From Clostridia bacterium (GTDB lineage: Bacteria; Bacillota; Peptococcia; DRI-13; PHAD01), in assembly GCA_034003745.1 (NCBI GenBank), contig JAVEYA010000002.1:308-64307 (forward strand): 64,000 nt of DNA, given 5' to 3'. This document shows positions 12,880 to 20,939 of this stretch, one piece after another. The notes under the pieces are model-generated. The model did not search any database, was not told where the DNA came from, and saw only the letters and a program-made list of their open reading frames with translations. A program made the position numbers and the translations under genes. The stretch's first letter is position 1; each line of letters opens with the position of its first letter.

Positions 12880-13026
12880 TTACAAATTCTGCTGTTCGAG
12901 CATGTCCAGATAACAGCGCGGGCATAATTCGCCTTTTTCGGATACGCTCACGCTCTTGTCTTCAGCCCAGATTTCGTCGATTAAAGCCAGCGGCTGCCCG
13001 CAGCGCGCACAACAACCAGACTCCAT
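12880..13026 (-). CDS. 48-aa zinc-ribbon protein (not in ORF track)
   Basis: Hand translation: MESGCCARCGQPLALIDEIWAEDKSVSVSEKGELCPRCYLDMLEQQNL. AAGGAGG lies 7 nt upstream of the ATG. CxxC...CxxC. GC-rich codon usage like its neighbours. Confidence 0.5.
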   Translation of the reverse strand: MESGCCARCGQPLALIDEIWAEDKSVSVSEKGELCPRCYLDMLEQQNL

Positions 13027-13057
13027 CAGAAATACCTCCTTATATTCAGATAATATT

Positions 13058-13083
13058 ATTCTTTCCGTATTTGCGGAAAGAAT
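13058..13083. promoter_or_regulatory. perfect 10-bp inverted repeat in divergent promoter region
   Basis: ATTCTTTCCG-TATTTG-CGGAAAGAAT, between the Zn-ribbon ORF (-) and degS-like (+). Confidence 0.4.
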
Positions 13084-13168
13084 GCAGGAGTTATGAGGGG
13101 AGAAAAAGAATAATAAGGTACGGTAATTTTAAAAGTATGCTTAATTTAAGAAATATGGTGAGCTGAAG

Positions 13169-14299
13169 ATGCGCATGCCGAGCTTAGAAAAGGTAATCTC
13201 CGATACCCTTTCGGTCATTGAAAAAAGCAAGGGCCAGATTTATGACATCGCCGAGAATGCGCGAGGCGAATGCGACCGGGTCAAGAATGAGCTGCAGGAG
13301 ATTCAGCGGCAGATCATCTGCACCATTGATAAGGTGGATAATCTGGAGCGGTTGGAGCGTTCCGCGCGTGTGCGGCTGATGGAAGTAAGCCGCAGTTTCG
13401 ATAAATATACGGAAGACGATATTCGTATATCCTATGATAAGGCCCGGGAACTGCAGGTCGAACTGGGCTCGCTGAAAGAGCGGGAAAGACAGCTTCGTCT
13501 CCGGCGGGACGGTCTGGAACGCAGCTTGCGCAGACTGGGCAGTACCGTAGAAAAGGCTGAGGGGCTGATGACCCAGATTAATGTCGTTTTCGACTATTTA
13601 GGCGGCAATTTAACCCTGATCAATAACGAGCTGGAGCTCGTTAACCAAAGAAGGCTCCTGGCGCCGCGGATCATTCACGCGCAGGAAGAGGAAAGAAAGC
13701 GGGTAGCCCGGGAGATTCACGACGGCCCGGCCCAATCCATGGCCAATGTGGTGCTGCGGACGGAATTTTGTGAAAAGCTGATGGAGTCCGATCAGGTGGC
13801 GGCCAAGAAGGAACTGCAGGAACTGCGCAATACGGTCAAGAGCAGCCTGCAGGATGTGCGGCGGATTATCTTTGATTTGCGCCCGATGGCCTTGGATGAC
13901 CTGGGGTTGGTCCCCGCGCTGACGCGTTATCTGGAGACGCTGAAAGACAGATATAAGATTGACTTTGAAATTCATTGCAATGATAAGCAAAAAAGATTGA
14001 ATTCCATTCTGGAAGTAGCTATTTACCGGGTCATCCAGGAAGCGGTGGCCAATACCATCAAACATGCGCGGGCGGCTCATATTATGGTGCAACTGGAGTT
14101 TGGAGACAAGAGCGTCATGGTGATGATCAAAGACGACGGCGTGGGCTTTGAGCCCGGTGAGATCATGGACACGCCCCGGGCCGACAGTTACGGTTTGCTG
14201 GGTATGCAGGAGAGACTGGATATCTTAGGGGGGAAATTATCGGTTAAATCCAATCCCGGAGCGGGTACGGAGATAATGGCGATTCTCCCGCTAGATTGA
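13169..14299 (+). CDS. degS: DegS-like cytoplasmic sensor histidine kinase
   Basis: N-terminal coiled-coil DegS-type region, H-box EEERKRVAREIHDGPAQ, ATPase boxes DDGVGF and GLLGMQERL. Confidence 0.85.
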   Translation: MRMPSLEKVISDTLSVIEKSKGQIYDIAENARGECDRVKNELQEIQRQIICTIDKVDNLERLERSARVRLMEVSRSFDKYTEDDIRISYDKARELQVELGSLKERERQLRLRRDGLERSLRRLGSTVEKAEGLMTQINVVFDYLGGNLTLINNELELVNQRRLLAPRIIHAQEEERKRVAREIHDGPAQSMANVVLRTEFCEKLMESDQVAAKKELQELRNTVKSSLQDVRRIIFDLRPMALDDLGLVPALTRYLETLKDRYKIDFEIHCNDKQKRLNSILEVAIYRVIQEAVANTIKHARAAHIMVQLEFGDKSVMVMIKDDGVGFEPGEIMDTPRADSYGLLGMQERLDILGGKLSVKSNPGAGTEIMAILPLD

Positions 14300-14313
14300 T
14301 GGAGGAAAAGAAG

Positions 14314-14976
14314 ATGTCTGAAAAGAAAATAAGATTAGTTCTTGTTGACGACCACCATCTGGTCAGGGAAGGACTCCGCAAGATTCTGGAGCTGGAAAAA
14401 GAATTCGAAATTATTGATGAAGCCGGCGACGGGCAAGGGGCCATCAATATCGTCCGGGTACATAGACCCGACGTGGTCCTCATGGACATCAATATGCCCG
14501 GAACCAACGGTATTGAGGCCACCCGGGTCATCAAAAGGGAACTGCCGCAGGTAGGCGTCATTGCCCTGACTATCCACGAAGAAGAGGAGTATGTCCTGGA
14601 ACTGGTAAGGGCGGGGGTGTCGGGCTATGTTTTAAAGGATATCGCGCCGGCCAAGCTGGTGGAAACCATCAAAACCGTCGCCAACGGTCACTCCATTATC
14701 GATCCCAGTATCACCAATAAGCTCTTTGGGGAAATCAGCCGCCTGGGTAATCGCAACCGGCGCATCAAAGAGGATTGGGAAACGCTGACCGACCGGGAAA
14801 TGGACGTCTTAAACCTCATCTCCCGGGGCCAAAGCAACAAGGAAATTGCCCGTAGCCTGACTATCAGCGAAAAAACGGTCAAGAACCATATCACCAATAT
14901 CTTCAGAAAGCTGCAGGTCGATGACCGCACCCAGGCGGTGCTTTTTGCCATTAAACACCGTCTGGTGGAAGTCTAA
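14314..14976 (+). CDS. degU: DegU-like response regulator (REC + LuxR HTH)
   Basis: Track ORF 14296..14976. ATG 14314 lies 8 nt after GGAGG. LVDDH, DVVLMDINMPG, LTDREMDVLNLISRGQSNKEIA. Confidence 0.85.
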   Translation: MSEKKIRLVLVDDHHLVREGLRKILELEKEFEIIDEAGDGQGAINIVRVHRPDVVLMDINMPGTNGIEATRVIKRELPQVGVIALTIHEEEEYVLELVRAGVSGYVLKDIAPAKLVETIKTVANGHSIIDPSITNKLFGEISRLGNRNRRIKEDWETLTDREMDVLNLISRGQSNKEIARSLTISEKTVKNHITNIFRKLQVDDRTQAVLFAIKHRLVEV

Positions 14977-14982
14977 TATATT

Positions 14983-15013
14983 TGTCATTCTGAACGCAGT
15001 GAAGAATGACAGG
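14983..15013 (+). repeat. TGTCATTCTGAG/GAAGAATC palindromic repeat, copy 1 (single arm closed as hairpin)
   Basis: TGTCATTCTGAACGCAGTGAAGAATGACAGG, with 7-bp stem GTCATTC/GAATGAC. Starts 7 nt after the degU-like stop. Confidence 0.8.
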
Positions 15014-15090
15014 AGTCGCCGAACCGCCCCCTTGTCCCGCTTTATCCTCTGTGCTCACTGCCCCCGCTCGCGCATATAGTATAGTATGAT

Positions 15091-15519
15091 ATGCGAAGCG
15101 GGGGATTTATTTTGGCATTGCTCATGCTGGCAGCGATAAATCTGGGCCTGATCATCTATGGGATACGGCGGATTTTGGAAGAACGCCGGGGTTCCGGCCT
15201 GCCCGCTTTCTTTATTCTTCTCGCCGAAGAAGACGATTATCTGGAAGGGATGCTGCGTTTTCTGGTAGGACAAATGAAACAGGAAGAAATCGCCAATCCG
15301 CTGATCGTCACCTATGAACTTTCCGGGTATCAGAGCAAGGCAATTGCCGATCGATGCGCCCGGGATTTGTCATTTATTGCCTGGGAAATACAAAAAGGGG
15401 AGAATGCGGAGCCATCCGGGCCCAATCTGTTGGATTTACGGGAACGGGGGACCCGGCAAGAGAAGCTATGCTTGATCAAGCTGTTCCTGCGCCGCCAAAA
15501 ATACCTTACCGCAACATAA
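15091..15519 (+). CDS. hypothetical single-TM protein (142 aa)
   Basis: Track ORF. N-terminal hydrophobic helix and GC-rich codon usage. No motif recognised. The start codon sits inside the hairpin at 15059-15104. Confidence 0.45.
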   Translation: MRSGGFILALLMLAAINLGLIIYGIRRILEERRGSGLPAFFILLAEEDDYLEGMLRFLVGQMKQEEIANPLIVTYELSGYQSKAIADRCARDLSFIAWEIQKGENAEPSGPNLLDLRERGTRQEKLCLIKLFLRRQKYLTAT

Positions 15520-15520
15520 C

Positions 15521-15602
15521 TGTCATTCTGAGATAGCGCAGCTATCGAAGAATCTGGCTTTTACAGCAATAGAAAGATCCTTCATTACATTCTTAAATGA
15601 CA
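15521..15602 (+). repeat. palindromic repeat, copy 2 (full, right arm degenerate)
   Basis: TGTCATTCTGAGATAGCGCAGCTATCGAAGAATC...GATCCTTC...AAATGACA. Starts 2 nt after the stop of ORF 15091..15519. Confidence 0.7.
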
Positions 15603-15754
15603 TGTTCCGAGACTGTGGTCTTAGGACGAATGACTGCCAAAAACAGGCGTGCAGCCCGATGGTGAGCCCGGGGCGGCATGCTTTACAATTTAAGCACAAT
15701 GGACGAGCTATCTATTATTGACGAGTACCCAGACCGGCTAAGGAGAGATGGGAA

Positions 15755-15931
15755 ATGGATAAATTCATAAAACAATTGTTGATTGAAGAAAAAGGGCAGG
15801 GCATGGTTGAATACGGGCTCATTATTACCCTGATCTCCTTGGCGGCAGTTTCTGTCATGGGGACAGTGGGAGAAAGATTACTCGAAATGTTTACCGATAT
15901 AGGCACTGAACTGCAAACCCACCTGCCTTAA
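15755..15931 (+). CDS. flp: Flp/Fap family pilin 1 (58 aa, not in ORF track)
   Basis: Hand translation: MDKFIKQLLIEEKGQGMVEYGLIITLISLAAVSVMG... Flp processing motif G/xxxxEY plus a hydrophobic helix. AAGGAGAG lies 7 nt upstream. Confidence 0.8.
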   Translation: MDKFIKQLLIEEKGQGMVEYGLIITLISLAAVSVMGTVGERLLEMFTDIGTELQTHLP

Positions 15932-16230
15932 AAAGCAAGAAAACATGGGACAGGGGGACAGGTCCCTTGTCCCCCCCACGCTATGAAGAAACAAGGAAAT
16001 GGTTTTTGTTGAACACAACAGAAGTCATTTCCTTTTTCTATTCCAGAGTATCTAAGACCAGGGTCTCTTATTTATTGGGATTTATCTCCACGGTTAAAGT
16101 TAGGACGATTTTCTGGAAAAAACAGGATTGCAGACGGATGTTCGAAGATTGCAACAGGCCTTACAATATGAACTACAACGGCTAGCTGTCAATTATCCAG
16201 CATATACAAATTTGTAAAGGAGAGATGAAA

Positions 16231-16413
16231 ATGTTAAAACTCATGAAAAACTTGTTAACCGAAGAAAAAGGACAAGGTCTGGCTGAATACGGTCTCATCC
16301 TGGCGCTGATTTCCTTGGCGGCGATAGCGACGATGGGCCCGCTGGGAACACAAATAAAAACCATTTTTGACAACGTCCGAGTCGAGTTGGGCGGCACTCC
16401 TACCCCCCCGTAA
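16231..16413 (+). CDS. flp: Flp/Fap family pilin 2
   Basis: Track ORF 16225..16413. EEKGQGLAEYGLILALISLAAIA. The second ATG (16231) has proper spacing to AAGGAGAG. Confidence 0.85.
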   Translation: MLKLMKNLLTEEKGQGLAEYGLILALISLAAIATMGPLGTQIKTIFDNVRVELGGTPTPP

Positions 16414-16441
16414 AAAGAAACAGGAATAAAAGGGTAATCAA

Positions 16442-16479
16442 CGGCCCTGCTTAAGGATACTTACGCAGGGCCGCTTTTT
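16442..16479 (+). terminator. rho-independent terminator/attenuator after pilin genes
   Basis: CGGCCCTGC-loop-GCAGGGCCG followed by CTTTTT. Confidence 0.65.
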
Positions 16480-16512
16480 ACCAAGAACCTTAATAATAAA
16501 CAAGAAAAGGGA

Positions 16513-17034
16513 GTGATTTTCTTGTTGCTGATAGATTATCTCCTGCTGCTGGTACTGGCAGTTTCCATCTATACCGATATCCGAGAGCAGAAAATCTATA
16601 ACATCGTGCTTTTCCCGGCTTTCCTTCTGGCCTGGGCTTTTCATTTCCGGACGGGCGGAGGGACGGGCCTCCTCACCTCTCTTCACGGCGCAGGCTTAGG
16701 GTTGGGTTTGTTCTTAATTCCCTATGTCGCCGGCGGATTGGGAGCGGGTGATGTGAAGCTTTTGGCCCTGGTGGGGGCCTGCAAAGGGAGCGCGTTCGTT
16801 TTTACGGCCTTTTTCCTGACCGCTTTGCTGGGCGGAATAATCGCCCTGGCGCTCCTCATTTATCGCGGAGAATTATTGAAAGTATGGGTCCGCCTGAAAG
16901 ACGCCCTGATCGTTTGTATTTTTTCAAGCTTTAAGGTTTGGAATCTAGGCAGTCTGAAGGATGCGGGCAGCGTTAGTTTCCCCTATGGCGTGGCCATTGC
17001 CCTAGGCTCCATGATAACTTACGTGGTGATGTGA
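16513..17034 (+). CDS. cpaA: A24 prepilin peptidase (CpaA/TadV)
   Basis: Polytopic membrane protein with GAGDVKLLALVG motif. The true start may be in-frame TTG 16522, 8 nt after AAGGGAG. Confidence 0.8.
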   Translation: MIFLLLIDYLLLLVLAVSIYTDIREQKIYNIVLFPAFLLAWAFHFRTGGGTGLLTSLHGAGLGLGLFLIPYVAGGLGAGDVKLLALVGACKGSAFVFTAFFLTALLGGIIALALLIYRGELLKVWVRLKDALIVCIFSSFKVWNLGSLKDAGSVSFPYGVAIALGSMITYVVM

Positions 17035-17035
17035 A

Positions 17036-17431
17036 ATGCTGCGGAAATTTTGTCGGGAGAAAAAAGGACAGGGCCTGGTGGAAATGGCTTTGGTTATTCC
17101 TATCCTCCTGATGCTGGTCTTCGGCATTATCGAATTCGGCCGGATTTTCGGCGCCGACCTGGTGGTTAAATATAGCGCGCGGGAAGGGGCCCGGATTGGA
17201 GCCGTCGGCGGTACGGACGCCAATATCCGTTCCCAGATTCGCGACTCGGCTGTCAGCCTGGACCCGGACAAGCTGACTATTACGATTTCTCCGGGGGAAG
17301 CGGCGAGGACGCGGGGCCGGCAAGTCAGCGTGCAGGTTGCCTATCCTCTGGAGATCATGATGCCCCTTTTACCCATGGTGACCGGAGACACGCTTACCGT
17401 GCGCACCACCTGTGTGATGCGGGTAGAATAG
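17036..17431 (+). CDS. tadE: TadE-like pseudopilin/assembly protein
   Basis: N-terminus EKKGQGLVEMALVIPILLMLVFGIIEFGR, typical of the TadE family. The start abuts the cpaA stop. Confidence 0.75.
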   Translation: MLRKFCREKKGQGLVEMALVIPILLMLVFGIIEFGRIFGADLVVKYSAREGARIGAVGGTDANIRSQIRDSAVSLDPDKLTITISPGEAARTRGRQVSVQVAYPLEIMMPLLPMVTGDTLTVRTTCVMRVE

Positions 17432-17446
17432 AATTTTACAGCATGG

Positions 17447-18196
17447 ATGGAGGAGAAATCCTTGAGGAGCAAACTAATATTCTTAATTTCCTTAATATTG
17501 GGATTAGTTACAGCTTACCTGATTTATGATTTTCTTAATAAAACCGAACAATCTGCCGTCAATATCCAATACGGCGAGGTTGTGGTAGCTGCCGTGGATA
17601 TCCTGGAAAAGACCCAGATTAATAATGACATGATTCAGGTCAATAAGCTCCCTGTTGAATATATTCATCCCCAGGCGATCCGGAATAAGAATGAAATTGC
17701 CGGCCGCATTACCACTTCAGCTATCGCGGCGGGAGAACAGCTCTTAAATCAGAAACTGGCGGCGCCGGGAGAAACCGCTTACGGATTGGCTTACGCCATC
17801 CCGCAAGGCAAGCGCGCTCTGACGATCGCGGTGGATACTATCAGCGGAATTGCCGGCTTAATCAAGCCCGGCGATGAAGTGGACGTCGTGGCGGTAATCG
17901 ATCTGCCCGACCCGGGTTCTTCCCGGGATCTCCCTTTCTCCCTGATTGCCCTGCAGGATATCCGGGTTCTGGCCGTTGGATCGCAGATGAAGGATACTCA
18001 TAAAAGCAGCGCCCCGCTGGAATACAGTAATATTACCTTGGCGGTTACGGCGGAGGAAGCCAGGCCGTTGACTTTGGCCGCTGAAAGAGGCTCCATCCGC
18101 CTGATGCTGCGCTCGCCGGTTGATGACAGTAAGGTCAATACCGTTCCCTTTAAAGCGGAGCATTTCCGGCAGCAGCATCAAGATGCCAATTATTAA
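17447..18196 (+). CDS. cpaB: Flp pilus assembly protein CpaB/RcpC
   Basis: N-terminal TM followed by a SAF/RcpC-like beta region. Position in the Tad locus. Alternative start at TTG 17462. Confidence 0.78.
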   Translation: MEEKSLRSKLIFLISLILGLVTAYLIYDFLNKTEQSAVNIQYGEVVVAAVDILEKTQINNDMIQVNKLPVEYIHPQAIRNKNEIAGRITTSAIAAGEQLLNQKLAAPGETAYGLAYAIPQGKRALTIAVDTISGIAGLIKPGDEVDVVAVIDLPDPGSSRDLPFSLIALQDIRVLAVGSQMKDTHKSSAPLEYSNITLAVTAEEARPLTLAAERGSIRLMLRSPVDDSKVNTVPFKAEHFRQQHQDANY

Positions 18197-18215
18197 ATAG
18201 AAGGTGGTGGCCAAC

Positions 18216-19463
18216 ATGCAAGCTATCCGTGTCCTGGTGGTCGATGATGTGGAAGAAACCAGAAATAATATCCGCCGTATCCTCTCTTTTGATAAGGATA
18301 TCGCCGTGATCGGCGAAGGGGGGGACGGCCTGGAAGCATTGCAGAAAGTCAAGGCGCTGGAACCCGATATTGTCCTGATGGACGTCAATATGCCTAAGCT
18401 GAATGGGATTGCCGCCACGGAGAAAATCAGCGCGGAACATCCCGGCGCCGCCGTGATCTTCTTAAGCGTGCAGGGGGAGCCTGAATATATGCGCAAGGCG
18501 ATGATGGCCGGGGCGCGTGATTTTATGGTCAAACCTTTCAGCGGAGACGAACTGGTGGAGACGATCAAGCGGGTTTATCAAATGGAAAGCATCCGGGCAG
18601 TTCCCGGCGGTAAGAAGCCGGTAAAGGCCCACAAGCCGCAGGTCGTAACTATTTTTGGCACCAAGGGCGGGGTGGGCAAGACGACGATCGCCGTCAACAC
18701 GGCTATCCAATTGGCCCAGGCTAAGAAGAAAGTGGCTATGGTCGACCTGGACCTGCAGTTCGGCGATATTTCGATCTTTCTGAATCTTGCGCCGAAACGG
18801 ACTATTGCCGAGTTGGCCCAGGAAGGGAGCCGGCCGGATATTGACCTGATCGAGTCCTACATGATCCCCCATTTATCCGGCATCAGGATCCTGCCGGCGC
18901 CGGGCCGTCCGGAGTATGCCGAATTGATCACCGCCGGACAGATTGAAAATATCCTGACGGTCTTAAAAAGCCATTATGATTATGTGGTGATCGATACGCC
19001 GCCCACGTTCAATGAAACGAACCTGACGGCGCTGGACTTGTCTTCGCAGATCTTTCTGGTTCTTTCCCTGGATCTGGCCACCATTAAAAATGTCAAACTC
19101 AGCCTGGAACTGATGCAGACACTCCACCATATCGGCCGGACCAAGCTCATTCTGAACCGGGCTTCGGAAGATATGGGCATCAAAGTGAACAATGCCGAGG
19201 AAACCCTGGATTTTCTCATTGCGGCGCAATTGCCCAGCGACGGCAAGACCTGCGTTTCCGCGCTGAATAAAGGGATTCCTTTTGTACTTTCGGAACCGAA
19301 CGCCCGGATCAGCCAGGCCATTCGCACAGTCAGCGATTTGATTATAGAGGACAAGGGCTATCAGACGGAACTGAAGGAAAAAAGAATGGGCAGCTTCTTA
19401 GGCCGGCTGTTTAAAGGCGGCTCTTTGCAGCCGGCCAGGAAAGTATCCGGCGGTGGGGAGTGA
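18216..19463 (+). CDS. cpaE: response-regulator receiver fused to CpaE/TadZ (ParA/MinD-like) ATPase
   Basis: REC domain IRVLVVDD...DIVLMDVNMP, then deviant Walker A FGTKGGVGKTT. ATG 18216 lies 8 nt after AAGGTGG. Confidence 0.8.
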   Translation: MQAIRVLVVDDVEETRNNIRRILSFDKDIAVIGEGGDGLEALQKVKALEPDIVLMDVNMPKLNGIAATEKISAEHPGAAVIFLSVQGEPEYMRKAMMAGARDFMVKPFSGDELVETIKRVYQMESIRAVPGGKKPVKAHKPQVVTIFGTKGGVGKTTIAVNTAIQLAQAKKKVAMVDLDLQFGDISIFLNLAPKRTIAELAQEGSRPDIDLIESYMIPHLSGIRILPAPGRPEYAELITAGQIENILTVLKSHYDYVVIDTPPTFNETNLTALDLSSQIFLVLSLDLATIKNVKLSLELMQTLHHIGRTKLILNRASEDMGIKVNNAEETLDFLIAAQLPSDGKTCVSALNKGIPFVLSEPNARISQAIRTVSDLIIEDKGYQTELKEKRMGSFLGRLFKGGSLQPARKVSGGGE

Positions 19464-19469
19464 TGAAGG

Positions 19470-20801
19470 ATGTCTTTGCTGCAGCGTCTGGAGAAGGAGA
19501 AGGGCAATAAGATCATCATCGGCGCCGGTGAGACCAAGGCGCAGATTTCCAAAGACCAGGACCCTTATGAGCAGTTTAAGGCCAAAGTCCATGAAGAAAT
19601 CATCGAAAAAATCGACAACATCATGCCGCTGGAAGAAATGAGCGCGCAGATTGAGGAATTGGTCGACGCCGTCATTGAACGGGAAGGCGCCCATTTTACC
19701 CGCCTGGAGAGGCAGAAAATCACCTCCGAGCTGCTGGATGAAGTGGTCGGCTTGGGACCTATCGAGCAGCTCTTAAAGGACCCGGAAGTTTCCGAAATCA
19801 TGGTCAACGGGCCCAAGCAGATTTACGTGGAAAAGAGCGGCAGGCTGGAACGGGTCAATTTTACTTTCCGTGATACCGATCATGTGCTGCACATTATTGA
19901 TAAGATCGTTTCGCCCATCGGCCGGCGTATCGACGAATCCATGCCCATGGTGGACGCCCGCCTGCCGGACGGTTCCCGCGTCAATGCGATCATTCCGCCC
20001 CTTTCTCTGGTGGGACCGGCGATTACCATCCGCAAGTTCTCCCGGGACCCGCTGACGATACAGGATTTAGTGCGCTTCGGCACACTGACCCCGAAGATGT
20101 CCGCCTTTTTAGAAGCCTGTGTCAAAGCCCGCCTGAATATCTTCATTTCCGGCGGTACCGGCAGCGGTAAGACCAGTACCCTGAATGTGCTGTCCTCGTT
20201 CATTCCCAATAATGAGCGGATCATTACCATTGAGGACGCGGCGGAATTGCAGCTCAGGCAAGACCATGTCATTACTCTGGAAAGCCGCCCGCCCAATATT
20301 GAGGGGAAGGGCGCCATCACGATCCGCGACCTGGTGCGCAACTCGCTCAGGATGCGGCCGGAGCGGATTGTCGTCGGCGAGGTGCGCTCGGGGGAAGCGC
20401 TGGATATGCTGCAGGCTATGAACACCGGCCATGACGGTTCCCTGACCACGGGCCACGCCAACTCCCCCCGGGATATTCTCTCCCGGGTAGAGACAATGGT
20501 CCTGATGGCGGGGGTAGACCTGCCGGTGCGGGCCATCCGCGAGCAAATGACTTCGGCTATAGACTTGATTGTGCAGCAGGCCCGTCTGCGCGACGGCAGC
20601 CGCAAAATCATCAACATTACCGAAGTCCTGGGGATGGAAGGCGACGTGATCACCTTGCAGGATATTTTCAGTTTTGAAGCGGAAGGCATCGATGAGCGCG
20701 GCAGGCTGCGCGGCCGCTTCAAGGCCTCCGGCGTCCGGCCCAAGTGCATGGAAAAGCTCCTGCTGGCGGGGATATCCTTGCCTGATGATGTATTTATTTA
20801 G
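19470..20801 (+). CDS. cpaF: Tad secretion ATPase CpaF/TadA
   Basis: Walker A GGTGSGKTS, Asp/His boxes of T2SS-E-like ATPases, 443 aa. Confidence 0.9.
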   Translation: MSLLQRLEKEKGNKIIIGAGETKAQISKDQDPYEQFKAKVHEEIIEKIDNIMPLEEMSAQIEELVDAVIEREGAHFTRLERQKITSELLDEVVGLGPIEQLLKDPEVSEIMVNGPKQIYVEKSGRLERVNFTFRDTDHVLHIIDKIVSPIGRRIDESMPMVDARLPDGSRVNAIIPPLSLVGPAITIRKFSRDPLTIQDLVRFGTLTPKMSAFLEACVKARLNIFISGGTGSGKTSTLNVLSSFIPNNERIITIEDAAELQLRQDHVITLESRPPNIEGKGAITIRDLVRNSLRMRPERIVVGEVRSGEALDMLQAMNTGHDGSLTTGHANSPRDILSRVETMVLMAGVDLPVRAIREQMTSAIDLIVQQARLRDGSRKIINITEVLGMEGDVITLQDIFSFEAEGIDERGRLRGRFKASGVRPKCMEKLLLAGISLPDDVFI

Positions 20802-20939
20802 ACTTCTGATAAGACTCAATGGAATACCCGTAAGCATTTAGATCGACCCCAGATTAATGTAGTCTCATACTGTACTACATTAGGTCATATCCAAGGTTTA
20901 CACGGATAGAGATTACACAGGGTAATGAGGTAAACTTGC

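Noticed and set aside
15621-15718. Possibility that the flp leader is a c-di-GMP riboswitch (such riboswitches control pili in some Clostridia).
   Set aside because: I could not match the conserved cores of the c-di-GMP-I or -II classes as I remember them. I also found no covarying helices between the two copies, and the variable 17-nt segment does not preserve a hairpin. Left as an unclassified conserved leader pending a covariance-model search.
15967-16185. 72-aa + strand ORF between the two flp genes.
   Set aside because: It covers the conserved non-coding leader that is duplicated upstream of flp1, where the reading frame is not preserved. TTG start without SD.
19880-20837. Minus-strand ORFs 19880..20749 (289 aa) and 20109..20837 (242 aa).
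   Set aside because: They are antisense to the well-supported cpaF ATPase gene. The sequences are R/S/P-rich nonsense.
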